Positions 31,454 to 42,327 of a DNA stretch of 64,000 nt are shown here, piece by piece. The position numbers and the translations under genes are program-made. The DNA comes from an uncultured Alphaproteobacteria bacterium (lineage in GTDB: Bacteria > Pseudomonadota > Alphaproteobacteria > HIMB59 > GCA-002718135). The DNA lies in assembly GCA_902607435.1 (NCBI GenBank), contig CACLJX010000008.1, positions 2,427 through 66,426 of the forward strand, given 5' to 3'. Under the pieces are notes generated by a model. That model was given only the letters and a program-made list of their open reading frames with translations, did not search any database and was not told where the DNA came from. The stretch's first letter is position 1; every line of letters begins with the position of its first letter.

Positions 31454-32845
31454 TTATCTTAATGCTTTGACTATATTTTCACACATTTTTTTAGCATCAC
31501 CAAAAAGCATCGTTGTATTATCTCTGTAAAAAAGTTCATTATCAACCCCAGAATATCCAGTTGCTAAAGATCTTTTAACAAAAAGCACTGAATCAGATTT
31601 TTCAACATCTAAAATTGGCATACCATAAATTGGAGATGTCTTATCAGTTTTAGCTGCTGGATTGGTTACATCATTAGCACCTATAACAAATGAAACTTCG
31701 GTAACGGGAAAATCATGGTTAATTTCTTCAAGCTCTAATACTTCTTCATATGGCACATTTGCTTCAGCAAGTAGTACATTCATATGACCTGGCATTCTTC
31801 CAGCTACAGGATGAATTGCATAACGAACGTTTATGTTTTCTTTTTTTAAAAGATCGCCCATTTCTTTTAAAGCATGTTGTGCCTGTGCTACAGCCATTCC
31901 ATAGCCAGGAATAATTATAACTGAATCAGCATTCTTCAAAATGTAGGCTGCATCTTCAGCGTTACCTTGTTTAACAATTTTATCAGAGTTGTCAGAACCT
32001 CCTACACTAGCTTGTTCTCCACCAAAACCACCTAAAACAACACTGATAATAGATCGGTTCATTCCTTTGCTCATAATGTAACTCAGTATTGCTCCTGACG
32101 CCCCTACTAGTGCGCCAGTAATAATTAATAGGTTGTTGCTGAGGGTAAAACCAATACCACAAGCCGCCCACCCTGAGTAAGAGTTCAACATTGAAATGAC
32201 AACAGGCATATCTGCTCCACCTATCGGAATTACTACTAAAAAACCCAATAAAATTGAAATGATAACTATTGTCCAAAAAATAGAAGATAATTGTGTTAAA
32301 ACAAAAATAACAATTAATGCTAAAATAAACAAAAATATTAGAGCATTAATTAAGTGTTGAAATTTAAATACAATTGGATTGCCAGATATTGTTCCTTGCA
32401 ATTTTCCAAAAGCAAGAACAGAACCAGAAAAAGTTACTGCTCCAATAAAAGTACCAATACTCATCTCAACAAGACTACTTTTAAAAATTGAGCCTACATT
32501 TCCTATATTAAATGACATAGGATCATAAAAAGCTGCTGCAGCAACAAACACTGCTGCAAGACCGACCAAACTATGAAATGCTGCAACTAGTTGGGGTAAT
32601 GCTGTCATTTCAATTTTAAGTGCAATTATTGTCCCAATAAAACCACCAATTAAAACAGCTACACCAATTTCTGTATAACTTAAAACACTCTTAAACATAA
32701 GCGTTGTAACTATAGCTATGACCATACCGATGATGCCCAAAATGTTTCCTAAGCGTGATGATTCTGGATGCGACAAACCTCTAAGAGCAAATATAAAAAG
32801 TAATGCAGAAATTAAATATAATACTGATACTATATTTGATGACAT
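31454..32845 (-). CDS. pntB: NAD(P) transhydrogenase beta subunit
   Basis: HSLVGLAA, IGGADMPVVIS.LNSYSG, PGYGMAVAQAQ, HPVAGRMPGHMN. Confidence 0.97.
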   Translation of the reverse strand: MSSNIVSVLYLISALLFIFALRGLSHPESSRLGNILGIIGMVIAIVTTLMFKSVLSYTEIGVAVLIGGFIGTIIALKIEMTALPQLVAAFHSLVGLAAVFVAAAAFYDPMSFNIGNVGSIFKSSLVEMSIGTFIGAVTFSGSVLAFGKLQGTISGNPIVFKFQHLINALIFLFILALIVIFVLTQLSSIFWTIVIISILLGFLVVIPIGGADMPVVISMLNSYSGWAACGIGFTLSNNLLIITGALVGASGAILSYIMSKGMNRSIISVVLGGFGGEQASVGGSDNSDKIVKQGNAEDAAYILKNADSVIIIPGYGMAVAQAQHALKEMGDLLKKENINVRYAIHPVAGRMPGHMNVLLAEANVPYEEVLELEEINHDFPVTEVSFVIGANDVTNPAAKTDKTSPIYGMPILDVEKSDSVLFVKRSLATGYSGVDNELFYRDNTTMLFGDAKKMCENIVKALR

Positions 32846-33171
32846 TATTGTTCCTCTTTTTTTGTCTTAGGTTTCTTCTTAAACATTGAAAGCATCCGAT
32901 AGGTCACAATAAATCCGCCAAAAATATTAACAGTAGCTAATATGACGCCGATCATTCCAAAAATTTTCGAAACCCCATACCCTCCTGGACCTGCCGCAAG
33001 AATAGCACCAACAATAATCACACTTGAAATCGCATTTGTTACACTCATTAAAGGACTATGAAGTGCTGGGGTTACAGACCAAACTACATAATATCCAATT
33101 ATACAAGCAAGAAAAAAAACTGTTAGACCGATTACAAATATATCTGAACTATGACTTACTATTCCATCCAT
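32845..33171 (-). CDS. pntAb: NAD(P) transhydrogenase alpha subunit, part 2 (membrane)
   Basis: [31 protein letters not shown]. Confidence 0.95.
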   Translation of the reverse strand: MDGIVSHSSDIFVIGLTVFFLACIIGYYVVWSVTPALHSPLMSVTNAISSVIIVGAILAAGPGGYGVSKIFGMIGVILATVNIFGGFIVTYRMLSMFKKKPKTKKEEQ

Positions 33172-33172
33172 C

Positions 33173-34294
33173 CTATTTAAACTCCTCTAATTTTAATTCT
33201 CCATTATGAGTTAACACGACCGCATTAATAATTTCATCGTTCCAATCAATATCAATTTTTTTCTCATCTTTTTTTATGAATAGTGAAAGAAAATTTACAA
33301 TATTTTTTGCATACAAAGCAGAAGCATCCTTTGCAACACGCCCTGGAACATTTGCATGACCGATAATTTTTACACTATTATGAATTACAATTTCGCCTAA
33401 TTTACTAAGTGGGCAGTTACCACCAGCTTCCACAGCAAGATCAACTACTATTGATCCTGGGGCCATCGTGTTTATCATTTCCTCACTTACTAACACCGGC
33501 GCTGGTTTTCCTGGTATGAGAGCAGTACAAATTACAATGTCTTGTTTTGATATAGTTTCTGCAATTAATTGAGATTGTTTTTTTTTATACTCTTCACTCA
33601 TTTCTTTTGCATATCCATCTTTGGTTTCCGCATTTTCTATCTCTTCATCCTCCACCATTATGAATTTAGCCCCTAAACTTTCTACTTGTTCTTTAGTGGC
33701 AATTCTTACATCTGTAGCAGATACAACTGCTCCCAATCTTTTAGCTGTGGCGATTGCCTGTAAGCCTGCAACGCCTACTCCTAAAACCATAACTTTAGCC
33801 GGATTAATTCTTCCTGCTGCTGTCATCATCATAGGAAATGCTTTTCCAAATTGCTCAGCAGCATCAATGACTGACCTGTAACCTGATAGATTTGCCTGAG
33901 AAGATAAGACATCCATGCTTTGTGATCTGCTAATTCTTGGAATTAATTCCATACAACATGCAGTTATTTTATTATTAATTAAATCACTAAAACTATTTTT
34001 ATTTTCATAGGGATTAAGTATCCCAACTAAAATTGTGTTATTATTCATTTTATCAATATCTTCTTTTGGAGGCATCTGCACGCAAAGACATATGTTTGCA
34101 TCTAAGCATTCCGAACGATTTACTATTTTAGCACCAGCAGATTGAAAAGATTCATCAACAAATCCAGATAAAACACCAGCTCCTTTTTCAATCAAAACAT
34201 CGACACCTAACCTAAGTAAAAGTTTAACGGATTCAGGAGAAGTTGCTACACGTTGCTCACGCGAACTTATTTCTTTAATGATTGAAATTTGCAT
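33173..34294 (-). CDS. pntAa: NAD(P) transhydrogenase alpha subunit, part 1
   Basis: [38 protein letters not shown]. Confidence 0.96.
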   Translation of the reverse strand: MQISIIKEISSREQRVATSPESVKLLLRLGVDVLIEKGAGVLSGFVDESFQSAGAKIVNRSECLDANICLCVQMPPKEDIDKMNNNTILVGILNPYENKNSFSDLINNKITACCMELIPRISRSQSMDVLSSQANLSGYRSVIDAAEQFGKAFPMMMTAAGRINPAKVMVLGVGVAGLQAIATAKRLGAVVSATDVRIATKEQVESLGAKFIMVEDEEIENAETKDGYAKEMSEEYKKKQSQLIAETISKQDIVICTALIPGKPAPVLVSEEMINTMAPGSIVVDLAVEAGGNCPLSKLGEIVIHNSVKIIGHANVPGRVAKDASALYAKNIVNFLSLFIKKDEKKIDIDWNDEIINAVVLTHNGELKLEEFK

Positions 34295-34306
34295 ATAGAT
34301 AAATAT

Positions 34307-35650
34307 CTAAAGCTTTACTAATTTCAAAATTTTTTGTTGTCTAGTTTTCATTTTTTTTATTTCAAAATTTTTTATTAAACTATGAAAAATTTTGTGCCAA
34401 TTAACTTCAGCTTTTAAATGCATAAAAACAGATCCTAGTCCAACTGCTGCTCTATCCATAAATACAAATTCTTTAGGTGGTTTAACTCCTCCTAATTTTT
34501 TAAGCTCTTTATGGACTTCAGCTGCAACTTGTGCTCCATAAATTCCACTATCACTTTGTTGTATTTTTTGAACTTTATCTTCCATTAAAGGAGAATAAAT
34601 AAATTCTGCCCATTTATTTAATACTTCAAGTTTATTTTTAGTCATATCCGCAAATCCCCATTGAGTATATGCATAAACAGCTCTTTCATCATCATTACTT
34701 TGAAGAGCATAATAAAGATCGATGACACCTTGAATAAATTTGCCTTCAAATATTCTCATACATCCAAAATCAAAAAGATTTACTGTGTGATTTGGCTGGA
34801 TAGTATAATTTCCTAAGTGTGGATCTCCATGAATAATTCCGTATTCATAGAATGGTTTATACCAAGTATAAAACATATTTTTTGCAATTTTATTGCGAAC
34901 TTCTTTCTTCGCTTTTTTAAAATCTAATATAGGTTTGCCCTCTAACCAACTCATTGTTAATAATCTTTTTGTTGATAATTTTTTGATTGTTTTAGGAATA
35001 TGAACATATGTAGATTGAGAAAATATTTTATAAAATATTTGTGTAAGTTTTCTTTCGCGTTCATAATCAAGTTCTTCTGTTAATCTTTGAGTAATTTCTT
35101 TGTAAATTTCTTCAGTTTTTATGGCTTTATTATAAGATTGATAAATAGAAAAAATTAACTTTAGTTGAGATAAATCAGCTGTAACTGCTGATCCCATATC
35201 AGGATATTGTAATTTACAAGCAACTTCTTGTCCACTGGGGAGCTTTGCTTTATGTACCTGCCCTAAAGAAGCAGCTCTTGATGCTGTTTTACTAAATTCT
35301 TTGAAACTTTTTAACCAACTAAGTCCTAATTCAGTAGCCATTCTTCTTTTAACGAATAACCAACCCATTGAAGGTGCATTTGATTGTAGGTGCGTTAATT
35401 CAGTTGCATATTCTGGTGGTAATAAATCAGGAATCGTAGCAGATAATTGGGCAACTTTCATTAAGGGTCCTTTGATATTTCCAAGGGTATTTCTAACTTC
35501 TATTGCGTGTCTTTTTTTATCTAATTTTATACCTAGATATTTTTGACCAGCTAGTTTAGTAGCTAAAGTGCCAACCACTCCTCCAACTTTAGCATAACGT
35601 TTTATTTGTTTTGCAAAAGATATTGATTCTTTATCTTTATTTAATACCAT
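34307..35650 (-). CDS. ABC1/UbiB (COQ8-like) atypical kinase
   Basis: KG.LMK..Q, AASLGQVH.A, KLQYP, ELDY..E, HGDPH.GN, DFG. Confidence 0.93.
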   Translation of the reverse strand: MVLNKDKESISFAKQIKRYAKVGGVVGTLATKLAGQKYLGIKLDKKRHAIEVRNTLGNIKGPLMKVAQLSATIPDLLPPEYATELTHLQSNAPSMGWLFVKRRMATELGLSWLKSFKEFSKTASRAASLGQVHKAKLPSGQEVACKLQYPDMGSAVTADLSQLKLIFSIYQSYNKAIKTEEIYKEITQRLTEELDYERERKLTQIFYKIFSQSTYVHIPKTIKKLSTKRLLTMSWLEGKPILDFKKAKKEVRNKIAKNMFYTWYKPFYEYGIIHGDPHLGNYTIQPNHTVNLFDFGCMRIFEGKFIQGVIDLYYALQSNDDERAVYAYTQWGFADMTKNKLEVLNKWAEFIYSPLMEDKVQKIQQSDSGIYGAQVAAEVHKELKKLGGVKPPKEFVFMDRAAVGLGSVFMHLKAEVNWHKIFHSLIKNFEIKKMKTRQQKILKLVKL

Positions 35651-35652
35651 TG

Positions 35653-37464
35653 CTAATTAAGATCTTCTAGTTGATCAATAAAAGATTCTATTACTGATAA
35701 TCCTTTAAACCAAAAATCGGATTCAGAGGGATCAAGACCAAATGGTTTAAGCAATTCCCTATATTTTAAAGATCCTCCTGCTTCTAATAATGCAATATAT
35801 TTTTTATCAAATCCATCAAAATTTTCTTCATATAGTGCATATAATGAATTGACCAAACAATCACCAAAAGCGTAGGCATAAACATAAAAAGGGGAATGGA
35901 TAAAGTGAGGAATATATGTCCAATAATATTTATATTCTTCCTCAAATTTTATTGCTGGACCTAAACTTTTTTTCTGTATTTTTATCCAAATTTGACAAAT
36001 CTCTTCTGCGGTGAGTTCAGCTAACTGTCTTTTTTCATGAACTTGTTTTTCGAATTCAAAAAAAGCTATTTGTCTAACAACTGTATTTAACATATCCTCA
36101 ACTTTGTTAGCTAAAAGTGCTTTTTTTTCATTAGAATCACTTTCTCTATTCAATAATGCTTTAAATGTAAGCATTTCACCAAATACACTAGCTGTTTCAG
36201 CTAATGTCAAAGGAGTAGATGAGTTAAAATAACCTTGTTTCTTAGCTGATAAGTATTGATGTACTCCATGTCCTAATTCATGAGCAAGAGTTGCAACATC
36301 TCTTGTTTTGCCCTGATAATTTATTAAAATGTAAGGATGTGCTTTAGGAACTGTTGAAGCAGAGAAGGCTCCAGGGGATTTTCCTTTTAAAACAGGGGCG
36401 TGTATCCAAGACTTATCAAAAAATTTTTGAACTATTTTTCCAATCTTAGAATTAAATTTTGAATAAGCATCCAAAACTATCTCAGTTGCATTATCCCATT
36501 TATATAAACGATTACTTTGAAATGGAAGAGGTGCATTGCGGTCCCAATATTTCATTGTACTATCTCCAAACCATCGTGCTTTAATTTTGTAATATCGATG
36601 AGAAAGTTTTGAATAAGAAGATGTTACTGAGTGTACTAGTGCTTCTACAACTTCATCTTCTACTACATTGGATAAATTTCTAGAACTTATTGGATTTGCA
36701 TAATTTCTCCATTCATCATTAATAGATTTATCTTTTGCTAAAGTATTTGTAATAGTTGAAAAAATTCTCACATTTTGAGAAAGAATTTTACCTACTGACT
36801 TTGCTGCTTCTTTTCTTTTTAATGGATTTTCATCCGAAAAATAATTAAATATTTCTACACTAGATAATTCTTTCTTATTAAAGGGAAAACGTAAAGAAGC
36901 AATTGTTTCATCAAACAAACGAATCCATGCACTTGATGAAGTAATACTTTTATCTTTCATTAATTTTTCTATTTTTTTATCAAGTTGGTGGGGTTTAAAA
37001 GCTCTAGCTATTTTAATCCAAGTTTTGTATTTAGCTAAACCTTTGTGATTCAATAGATTCTTTAAACAAGCTTCATCAATATTGTTTAATTCCAAAGTGA
37101 AAAAAATTAATGATGAAGAATACTTAGTTATTTTTTCTTTTATTTGCTGAAAAAAAATTTTATTTTTCTCAATGTCAATATTTTCTGCATACAAAAGAAA
37201 TGCATAAGACATTATGCGTCCGATCGTTTCATTAATATCTTGCAATTTTTCTATAGCTTTAAATAATCCTGAAGCTTTTAAAGAGGTTATTTTGCCCTCA
37301 TATTTTTTTTCAAAATTCTTTGATGAATTTTTAATAAAATTCAAATCAGACTCAATATGTATTTTCTTTGGGGAATCATATAAATCTGATAGGTTCCAAA
37401 TAGGCAGATTTCCTAGTTTTTTTGAATTGTTAATTTCTATATTTTTATTATTTTTTTTTATCAT
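35653..37464 (-). CDS. pepF: M3B oligoendopeptidase F family
   Basis: W.LSDLY, TLAHELGHGVH, AETAS.FGE, IPHF.H.PFYVYAY. Confidence 0.93.
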   Translation of the reverse strand: MIKKNNKNIEINNSKKLGNLPIWNLSDLYDSPKKIHIESDLNFIKNSSKNFEKKYEGKITSLKASGLFKAIEKLQDINETIGRIMSYAFLLYAENIDIEKNKIFFQQIKEKITKYSSSLIFFTLELNNIDEACLKNLLNHKGLAKYKTWIKIARAFKPHQLDKKIEKLMKDKSITSSSAWIRLFDETIASLRFPFNKKELSSVEIFNYFSDENPLKRKEAAKSVGKILSQNVRIFSTITNTLAKDKSINDEWRNYANPISSRNLSNVVEDEVVEALVHSVTSSYSKLSHRYYKIKARWFGDSTMKYWDRNAPLPFQSNRLYKWDNATEIVLDAYSKFNSKIGKIVQKFFDKSWIHAPVLKGKSPGAFSASTVPKAHPYILINYQGKTRDVATLAHELGHGVHQYLSAKKQGYFNSSTPLTLAETASVFGEMLTFKALLNRESDSNEKKALLANKVEDMLNTVVRQIAFFEFEKQVHEKRQLAELTAEEICQIWIKIQKKSLGPAIKFEEEYKYYWTYIPHFIHSPFYVYAYAFGDCLVNSLYALYEENFDGFDKKYIALLEAGGSLKYRELLKPFGLDPSESDFWFKGLSVIESFIDQLEDLN

Positions 37465-37519
37465 TAGAATAAATTAAATATAGGTTTAATATCTAGCCTT
37501 GTTAAGGAGAACAAGAATA

Positions 37520-39310
37520 ATGTCTGTTGATTTTGATAAATTTAAAAGTGTTATTAGTTTATTTGATAAACAATCTACTACTTTAAGCGAAAAACCTTAT
37601 TTATGGTATAAAATTAACAATGAGTACATCGCTTTAACTTGGAAACAAGTTCGTAATAAAGTTGAAAAGTTATCTATTGTATTAAAAAATCTTGGAATTT
37701 TAAAGGGAGACAGAGTTGTTATCGTTTCAGAAAATAGACCTGAATGGCTAATTTCAGATCTAGCTATAATGGCTATTGGGGCTATTACAGTACCAGCTTA
37801 TATAACGAATACTATTTCTGATCATGAACATATTATAAAACATTCAGGTGCACGCTGTCTTATTCTTTCAAATCATAATCTTGCACAAAAAGTTTTACCC
37901 GCAGTTGCAAAATGCTCTCAATGTCAAACTGTTATAAAAATTGAAAATGATAATGAAATTTATGATAATCCAGTTTCTGTTTTATCTTGGAAAAGTTTAC
38001 TTGAAGAAAATATAGAACAATCTTTTAATTTAACAACAGCCGTAGAAGAACACAAACGTCAAGATACAGCATGTATTATTTATACTTCAGGTACAGGTGG
38101 CTATCCTAAAGGTGTCATGTTAAGTCATGGAGCAATGCTTACAAATTGTTCTGGGGCAGAATACTTATTAAAAGAAATTGTCTCTAATTTAGATGAAATT
38201 CGTTTTTTATCTTGGCTTCCTTTATCTCATTCTTATGAACACACTTTACAGTTTTATATAATAGGAATAGGTGCACAAATTTACTATGCAGAAGGGATCG
38301 ATAAATTACTTATTAATATGGGTGAGACAAAACCCCATTTTATGACAGCTGTTCCAAGATTTTATGATTCATTACATGCAAAGATTTCGCAAGGTTTGAA
38401 AAAACAAAGTAAACTTTCCCAAATCTTTTTTTCTGAAACAATAAGATTAGGAAAGAAAATATACCAAGGAGAAAATCTTTCTGGATTTGAGCATTTTAAA
38501 AACTCTATCTTAAATAAAATTGTCCGAAAAAAAGTTAATAAAAGATTTGGGGGAGATTTGAAGGCTTTAATTTCTGGAGGTTCAGCTCTTAACTTTGAGG
38601 TTGGTTTATATTTAACTGCCTTGGGTCTGCCTTTGTTGCAAGGATATGGCCAAACAGAAACAGGCCCTGTTGTTAGTGCAAATCCACCTTCTAAAATAAA
38701 ACTTGATACTGTAGGAATAGTTTTCAAAGGGACTAAAGTAAAAATTGCAGATGACGGTGAAATTTTAGTATCCGGTGAAAATGTGATGAATGGATATTGG
38801 AATGATCCAAAATCAACTTCTTCTACTCTTATTAATGGTTGGATTCATACTGGGGATATAGGTGCCTTTGATGATGAAGGATATTTGAAAATTACAGATA
38901 GAAAAAAAGATATTATTGTAAATGCAGGAGGAGATAATATTTCTCCAAGTCGTGTTGAAGAAAAACTAAATATTGAGCCAGAAATATCTCAGTCTATGAT
39001 GTACGGTGATTATAAAAATTACCTAGTTGCAATCATAGTTCCAGATAGAGAGTTTGCAAAAAAATGGGCAGAGGATAATAACAAAGAATTTTCAATTAAA
39101 GAATTAATAAAAGATGAAGCATTTCTTAAGGTAATAAAACAAACCACAGAAAAAGTTAATAAGAATTTATCTGCAATAGAAAAAATTAGAAAATTTTTAT
39201 TAATTGATAATGAATTTACTATTGAAAATGAAATGATGACACCAACCATGAAAGTTCGTCGTTTTCAGGTAAAATTAAATTATTCTAATCAATTAGAGAA
39301 ATTATATTAA
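37520..39310 (+). CDS. Long-chain fatty acid-CoA ligase
   Basis: IYTSGTGG.PKGVMLSH, LPLSH.YE, GYGQTE, TGDIG, ITDRKKD. Confidence 0.9.
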   Translation: MSVDFDKFKSVISLFDKQSTTLSEKPYLWYKINNEYIALTWKQVRNKVEKLSIVLKNLGILKGDRVVIVSENRPEWLISDLAIMAIGAITVPAYITNTISDHEHIIKHSGARCLILSNHNLAQKVLPAVAKCSQCQTVIKIENDNEIYDNPVSVLSWKSLLEENIEQSFNLTTAVEEHKRQDTACIIYTSGTGGYPKGVMLSHGAMLTNCSGAEYLLKEIVSNLDEIRFLSWLPLSHSYEHTLQFYIIGIGAQIYYAEGIDKLLINMGETKPHFMTAVPRFYDSLHAKISQGLKKQSKLSQIFFSETIRLGKKIYQGENLSGFEHFKNSILNKIVRKKVNKRFGGDLKALISGGSALNFEVGLYLTALGLPLLQGYGQTETGPVVSANPPSKIKLDTVGIVFKGTKVKIADDGEILVSGENVMNGYWNDPKSTSSTLINGWIHTGDIGAFDDEGYLKITDRKKDIIVNAGGDNISPSRVEEKLNIEPEISQSMMYGDYKNYLVAIIVPDREFAKKWAEDNNKEFSIKELIKDEAFLKVIKQTTEKVNKNLSAIEKIRKFLLIDNEFTIENEMMTPTMKVRRFQVKLNYSNQLEKLY

Positions 39311-39600
39311 ACTAAATTATTTTTTTTTAATTTTTCAAGTTGTTCTTTTGAAGCTTCTGATTGATATTTGTCTTTCCATTCATTGTAAGGCATACCATAT
39401 ATTAATTCTCTTGCTTTCTGATAATCTACTTTAATATTTTTTTTCTCCGCAGCGCTAACATACCATTTCGATAGGCAATTACGACAAAAACCTGACAAAT
39501 TCATTAAATCAATATTCTGAACATCAGTTCTTTTTTGTAAATGAATAATTAATCTTTCTAATACATCAGCATATATTTCTCTTTGAATTGCTTTATCCAT
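39307..39600 (-). CDS. DUF1244 family protein
   Basis: HL..RTDVQNIDLMNL.GFCRNCLSKWY...YGMPY.EWK. Confidence 0.9.
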   Translation of the reverse strand: MDKAIQREIYADVLERLIIHLQKRTDVQNIDLMNLSGFCRNCLSKWYVSAAEKKNIKVDYQKARELIYGMPYNEWKDKYQSEASKEQLEKLKKNNLV

Positions 39601-39680
39601 ATTTTTTCCTATTTTTAAAAAATTGGCTCTCTTAATAATACTTACATTCAAAAGCTTTTTGAATTATATACACTTTTAAT

Positions 39681-41123
39681 ATGAAACGTAATAGAAAGGC
39701 CAAAATACTAGCAACTCTTGGCCCTGCTTCTGCTTCTTCTGATGTGATTGAACAACTTTTTATAGAAGGCGCTGATGTTTTTCGTTTAAATTTTTCACAT
39801 GGTACTATCGAAGAACATAGAAAAAACTCTGAATCTATTAGAAATATTGAAAAAAAATACAATTATGCCAATTGTATTTTAGCTGATTTACAGGGTCCTA
39901 AACTAAGAATAGGAAATTTTAAAAATGATAAGGTATCATTAAAAAATGGCCAGAAATTCACTCTTGATCTTCTAAATGATCAGGGTGATCACAGTAGAGT
40001 TAATTTTCCTCATCCTGAAATTTATGAAGTTTTAACTCCTAATTCAATAATTTTGCTAAATGATGGTCGTATTAAAATGCAAATCATAGAACAACATAAA
40101 GATCGTTTAATTACTGAAGTTTTAAGTGAAGGAATCATTTCTAACAATAAGGGGGTCAATATCCCTGATGCTATACTTCCCATATCTTCTTTAACTTCTA
40201 AAGATAAGGGAGATTTATTAAAAGCCCTTGAAATGGGAGTAGATTGGGTAGCGCTTTCCTTTGTTCAAAATGCAAAAGATGTAGAAGAATTAAGAAAATT
40301 AGTAGGCAACAAAGCCTCTATTATGGCTAAAATTGAAAAACCATCTGCTTTAAAAAATATTGAGGAAATTTTAGAAGTAGCTGATGGTATTATGATTGCT
40401 AGAGGAGATCTAGGGGTTGAATTGCCCCCAGAAAAAATCCCATCCATTCAAAAACTGATTATTAATCTTTGTAGAGAAAAAGGTAAACCTGTGGTTGTCG
40501 CAACACAAATGCTTGAAAGTATGATTAATGATCATAGTCCAACTCGAGCTGAAGCTTCCGATGTTGCAAATGCTATATACGATGGAGCAGATGCAGTCAT
40601 GTTATCTGCAGAATCAGCAATTGGAAAATATCCTATTGCAACGGTCACTATGATGAATCGCATAATTCTAAGTGTAGAAAATGATAAAGAAAATTATAAT
40701 CTTTCAAATATTAATATCGAAGAAAAAAATAAAAAAAGAATTGGCACAACTGATGCCATTACAAGTGCTGCTTATACTATTTCAAAAAATGCTGAAGCAA
40801 AAGCAATTGTTACTTTTTCAGTAAGCGGAGGAACTACATTGCGCATGTCAAAAGAAAGAGCCCCTGTTCAAGTAATAGGAGTTTCTCCAAACATCTCTAC
40901 TTCGCGAAAGTTGCAAATTGCTTGGGGAGTTCACTCATGTCATGCACAAGATGCTAATAGTGTAACAGAGATGGTTGACATAGCTTGTAGAATTATAAAA
41001 GATCAAAAAATTACTAAATCAGGGGAATCAGTTGTAATTACAGCTGGTGTGCCTTTTGGAAATGCCGGAGCAACAAATTTACTTCGAATTGCAAAAATTA
41101 TAGATGACAAAGATCTTACTTAA
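39681..41123 (+). CDS. pyk: Pyruvate kinase
   Basis: KI.ATLGPAS, RLNFSHG, DLQGPKLR, ARGDLGVE, ATQMLESM, PTRAE. Confidence 0.98.
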   Translation: MKRNRKAKILATLGPASASSDVIEQLFIEGADVFRLNFSHGTIEEHRKNSESIRNIEKKYNYANCILADLQGPKLRIGNFKNDKVSLKNGQKFTLDLLNDQGDHSRVNFPHPEIYEVLTPNSIILLNDGRIKMQIIEQHKDRLITEVLSEGIISNNKGVNIPDAILPISSLTSKDKGDLLKALEMGVDWVALSFVQNAKDVEELRKLVGNKASIMAKIEKPSALKNIEEILEVADGIMIARGDLGVELPPEKIPSIQKLIINLCREKGKPVVVATQMLESMINDHSPTRAEASDVANAIYDGADAVMLSAESAIGKYPIATVTMMNRIILSVENDKENYNLSNINIEEKNKKRIGTTDAITSAAYTISKNAEAKAIVTFSVSGGTTLRMSKERAPVQVIGVSPNISTSRKLQIAWGVHSCHAQDANSVTEMVDIACRIIKDQKITKSGESVVITAGVPFGNAGATNLLRIAKIIDDKDLT

Positions 41124-42321
41124 GATTTGAACAAGCCCGCATAATTCTCTCGCACGCTTCATTCAAAGTATTTTCGTCTGTTGCATATGAAATTCTAAAA
41201 TATGGTGAAAGTCCAAAAGCTTCTCCATGTACACCTGCTATTCCTTCACTATCTAATAAATAATTCATAAAATCCTCATCAGTATTAATAGTGATATTTT
41301 TTGGTGTTTTTTTGCCAATACAACCTTTGCAACTTGGATACACATAAAAAGCCCCTGAAGGATTAGCACAAGTAATACCAGGAACTTTATTTAATTTTTC
41401 TACAACCATATCTCTTCTTTTTTTAAAGGATTGATTGTGAGTTTGTATAAAATCTTGATTACCATTAAGTGCTTCTACAGCTGCTGCCATACTAATAGAA
41501 GAAGCTGAAGTAGTACTTTGAGATTGTATTTTATTTATTGCTTTGATGATTTCCTCTGGTCCCCCACAGTATCCTAATCTCCAACCTGTCATACAATAAG
41601 CTTTGGAAACGCCATTCATTGTTACTGTCCTATTTTTTAATTTAGGTTCTACTGTGGCGATAGTATAAAAATCTATATTGTCGTACAATATTTTTTCATA
41701 GATATCATCTGATAGAATAAAAACTTGAGGATATTTCAAAAGTATTTCTGCAAGCTCTTTTAGTTCATTATACGAATAGACTGCTCCTGTTGGATTGCTC
41801 GGACTATTTAACATAAGCCATTTAGTGTTTTGGTTTATATGTTGTTCAAGTTGTTGTGGTAAAATTTTAAATCCTTGTTTGGCATCACAAGGAACAATTA
41901 CTGGTTTTCCTTCTGCTAATAGAACTATATCAGGATAACTTACCCAATAAGGTGCGGGAATAATAACTTCATCATTAGGATTGAGTGTTGCCATCATAAC
42001 ATTATAAATTATATGTTTACCTCCTACTCCCACCATAATTTCATCTAAATTATAGGATAAATCGTTATCACGTTTGAATTTATTAATTATTGCTTGCTGC
42101 AAAGCAGGAGTACCCCTACCTGGCACATAACGTGTTTGTCCTTCATTCATTGCTTTACTAGCAGCCTCACAAATATTTTTAGGAGTATTGAAATCAGGTT
42201 CACCTGCTGCCAAGACTAATACATCTCGACCTTCAGCACGCAGAGCATTAGCCTTAACATTTATAGCTACTGTTAAGGAGGGTTGAATGTTTTCCAATCG
42301 TTTAGATAATATATCTTTCAT
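41116..42321 (-). CDS. Class I PLP aminotransferase (aspartate aminotransferase AatA-like)
   Basis: GEPDF.TP, PYWVSY, NSPSNPTG, DDIYE, SKAYCMTGWRLG, RISYA. Confidence 0.92.
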   Translation of the reverse strand: MKDILSKRLENIQPSLTVAINVKANALRAEGRDVLVLAAGEPDFNTPKNICEAASKAMNEGQTRYVPGRGTPALQQAIINKFKRDNDLSYNLDEIMVGVGGKHIIYNVMMATLNPNDEVIIPAPYWVSYPDIVLLAEGKPVIVPCDAKQGFKILPQQLEQHINQNTKWLMLNSPSNPTGAVYSYNELKELAEILLKYPQVFILSDDIYEKILYDNIDFYTIATVEPKLKNRTVTMNGVSKAYCMTGWRLGYCGGPEEIIKAINKIQSQSTTSASSISMAAAVEALNGNQDFIQTHNQSFKKRRDMVVEKLNKVPGITCANPSGAFYVYPSCKGCIGKKTPKNITINTDEDFMNYLLDSEGIAGVHGEAFGLSPYFRISYATDENTLNEACERIMRACSNLK

Positions 42322-42327
42322 TATATT

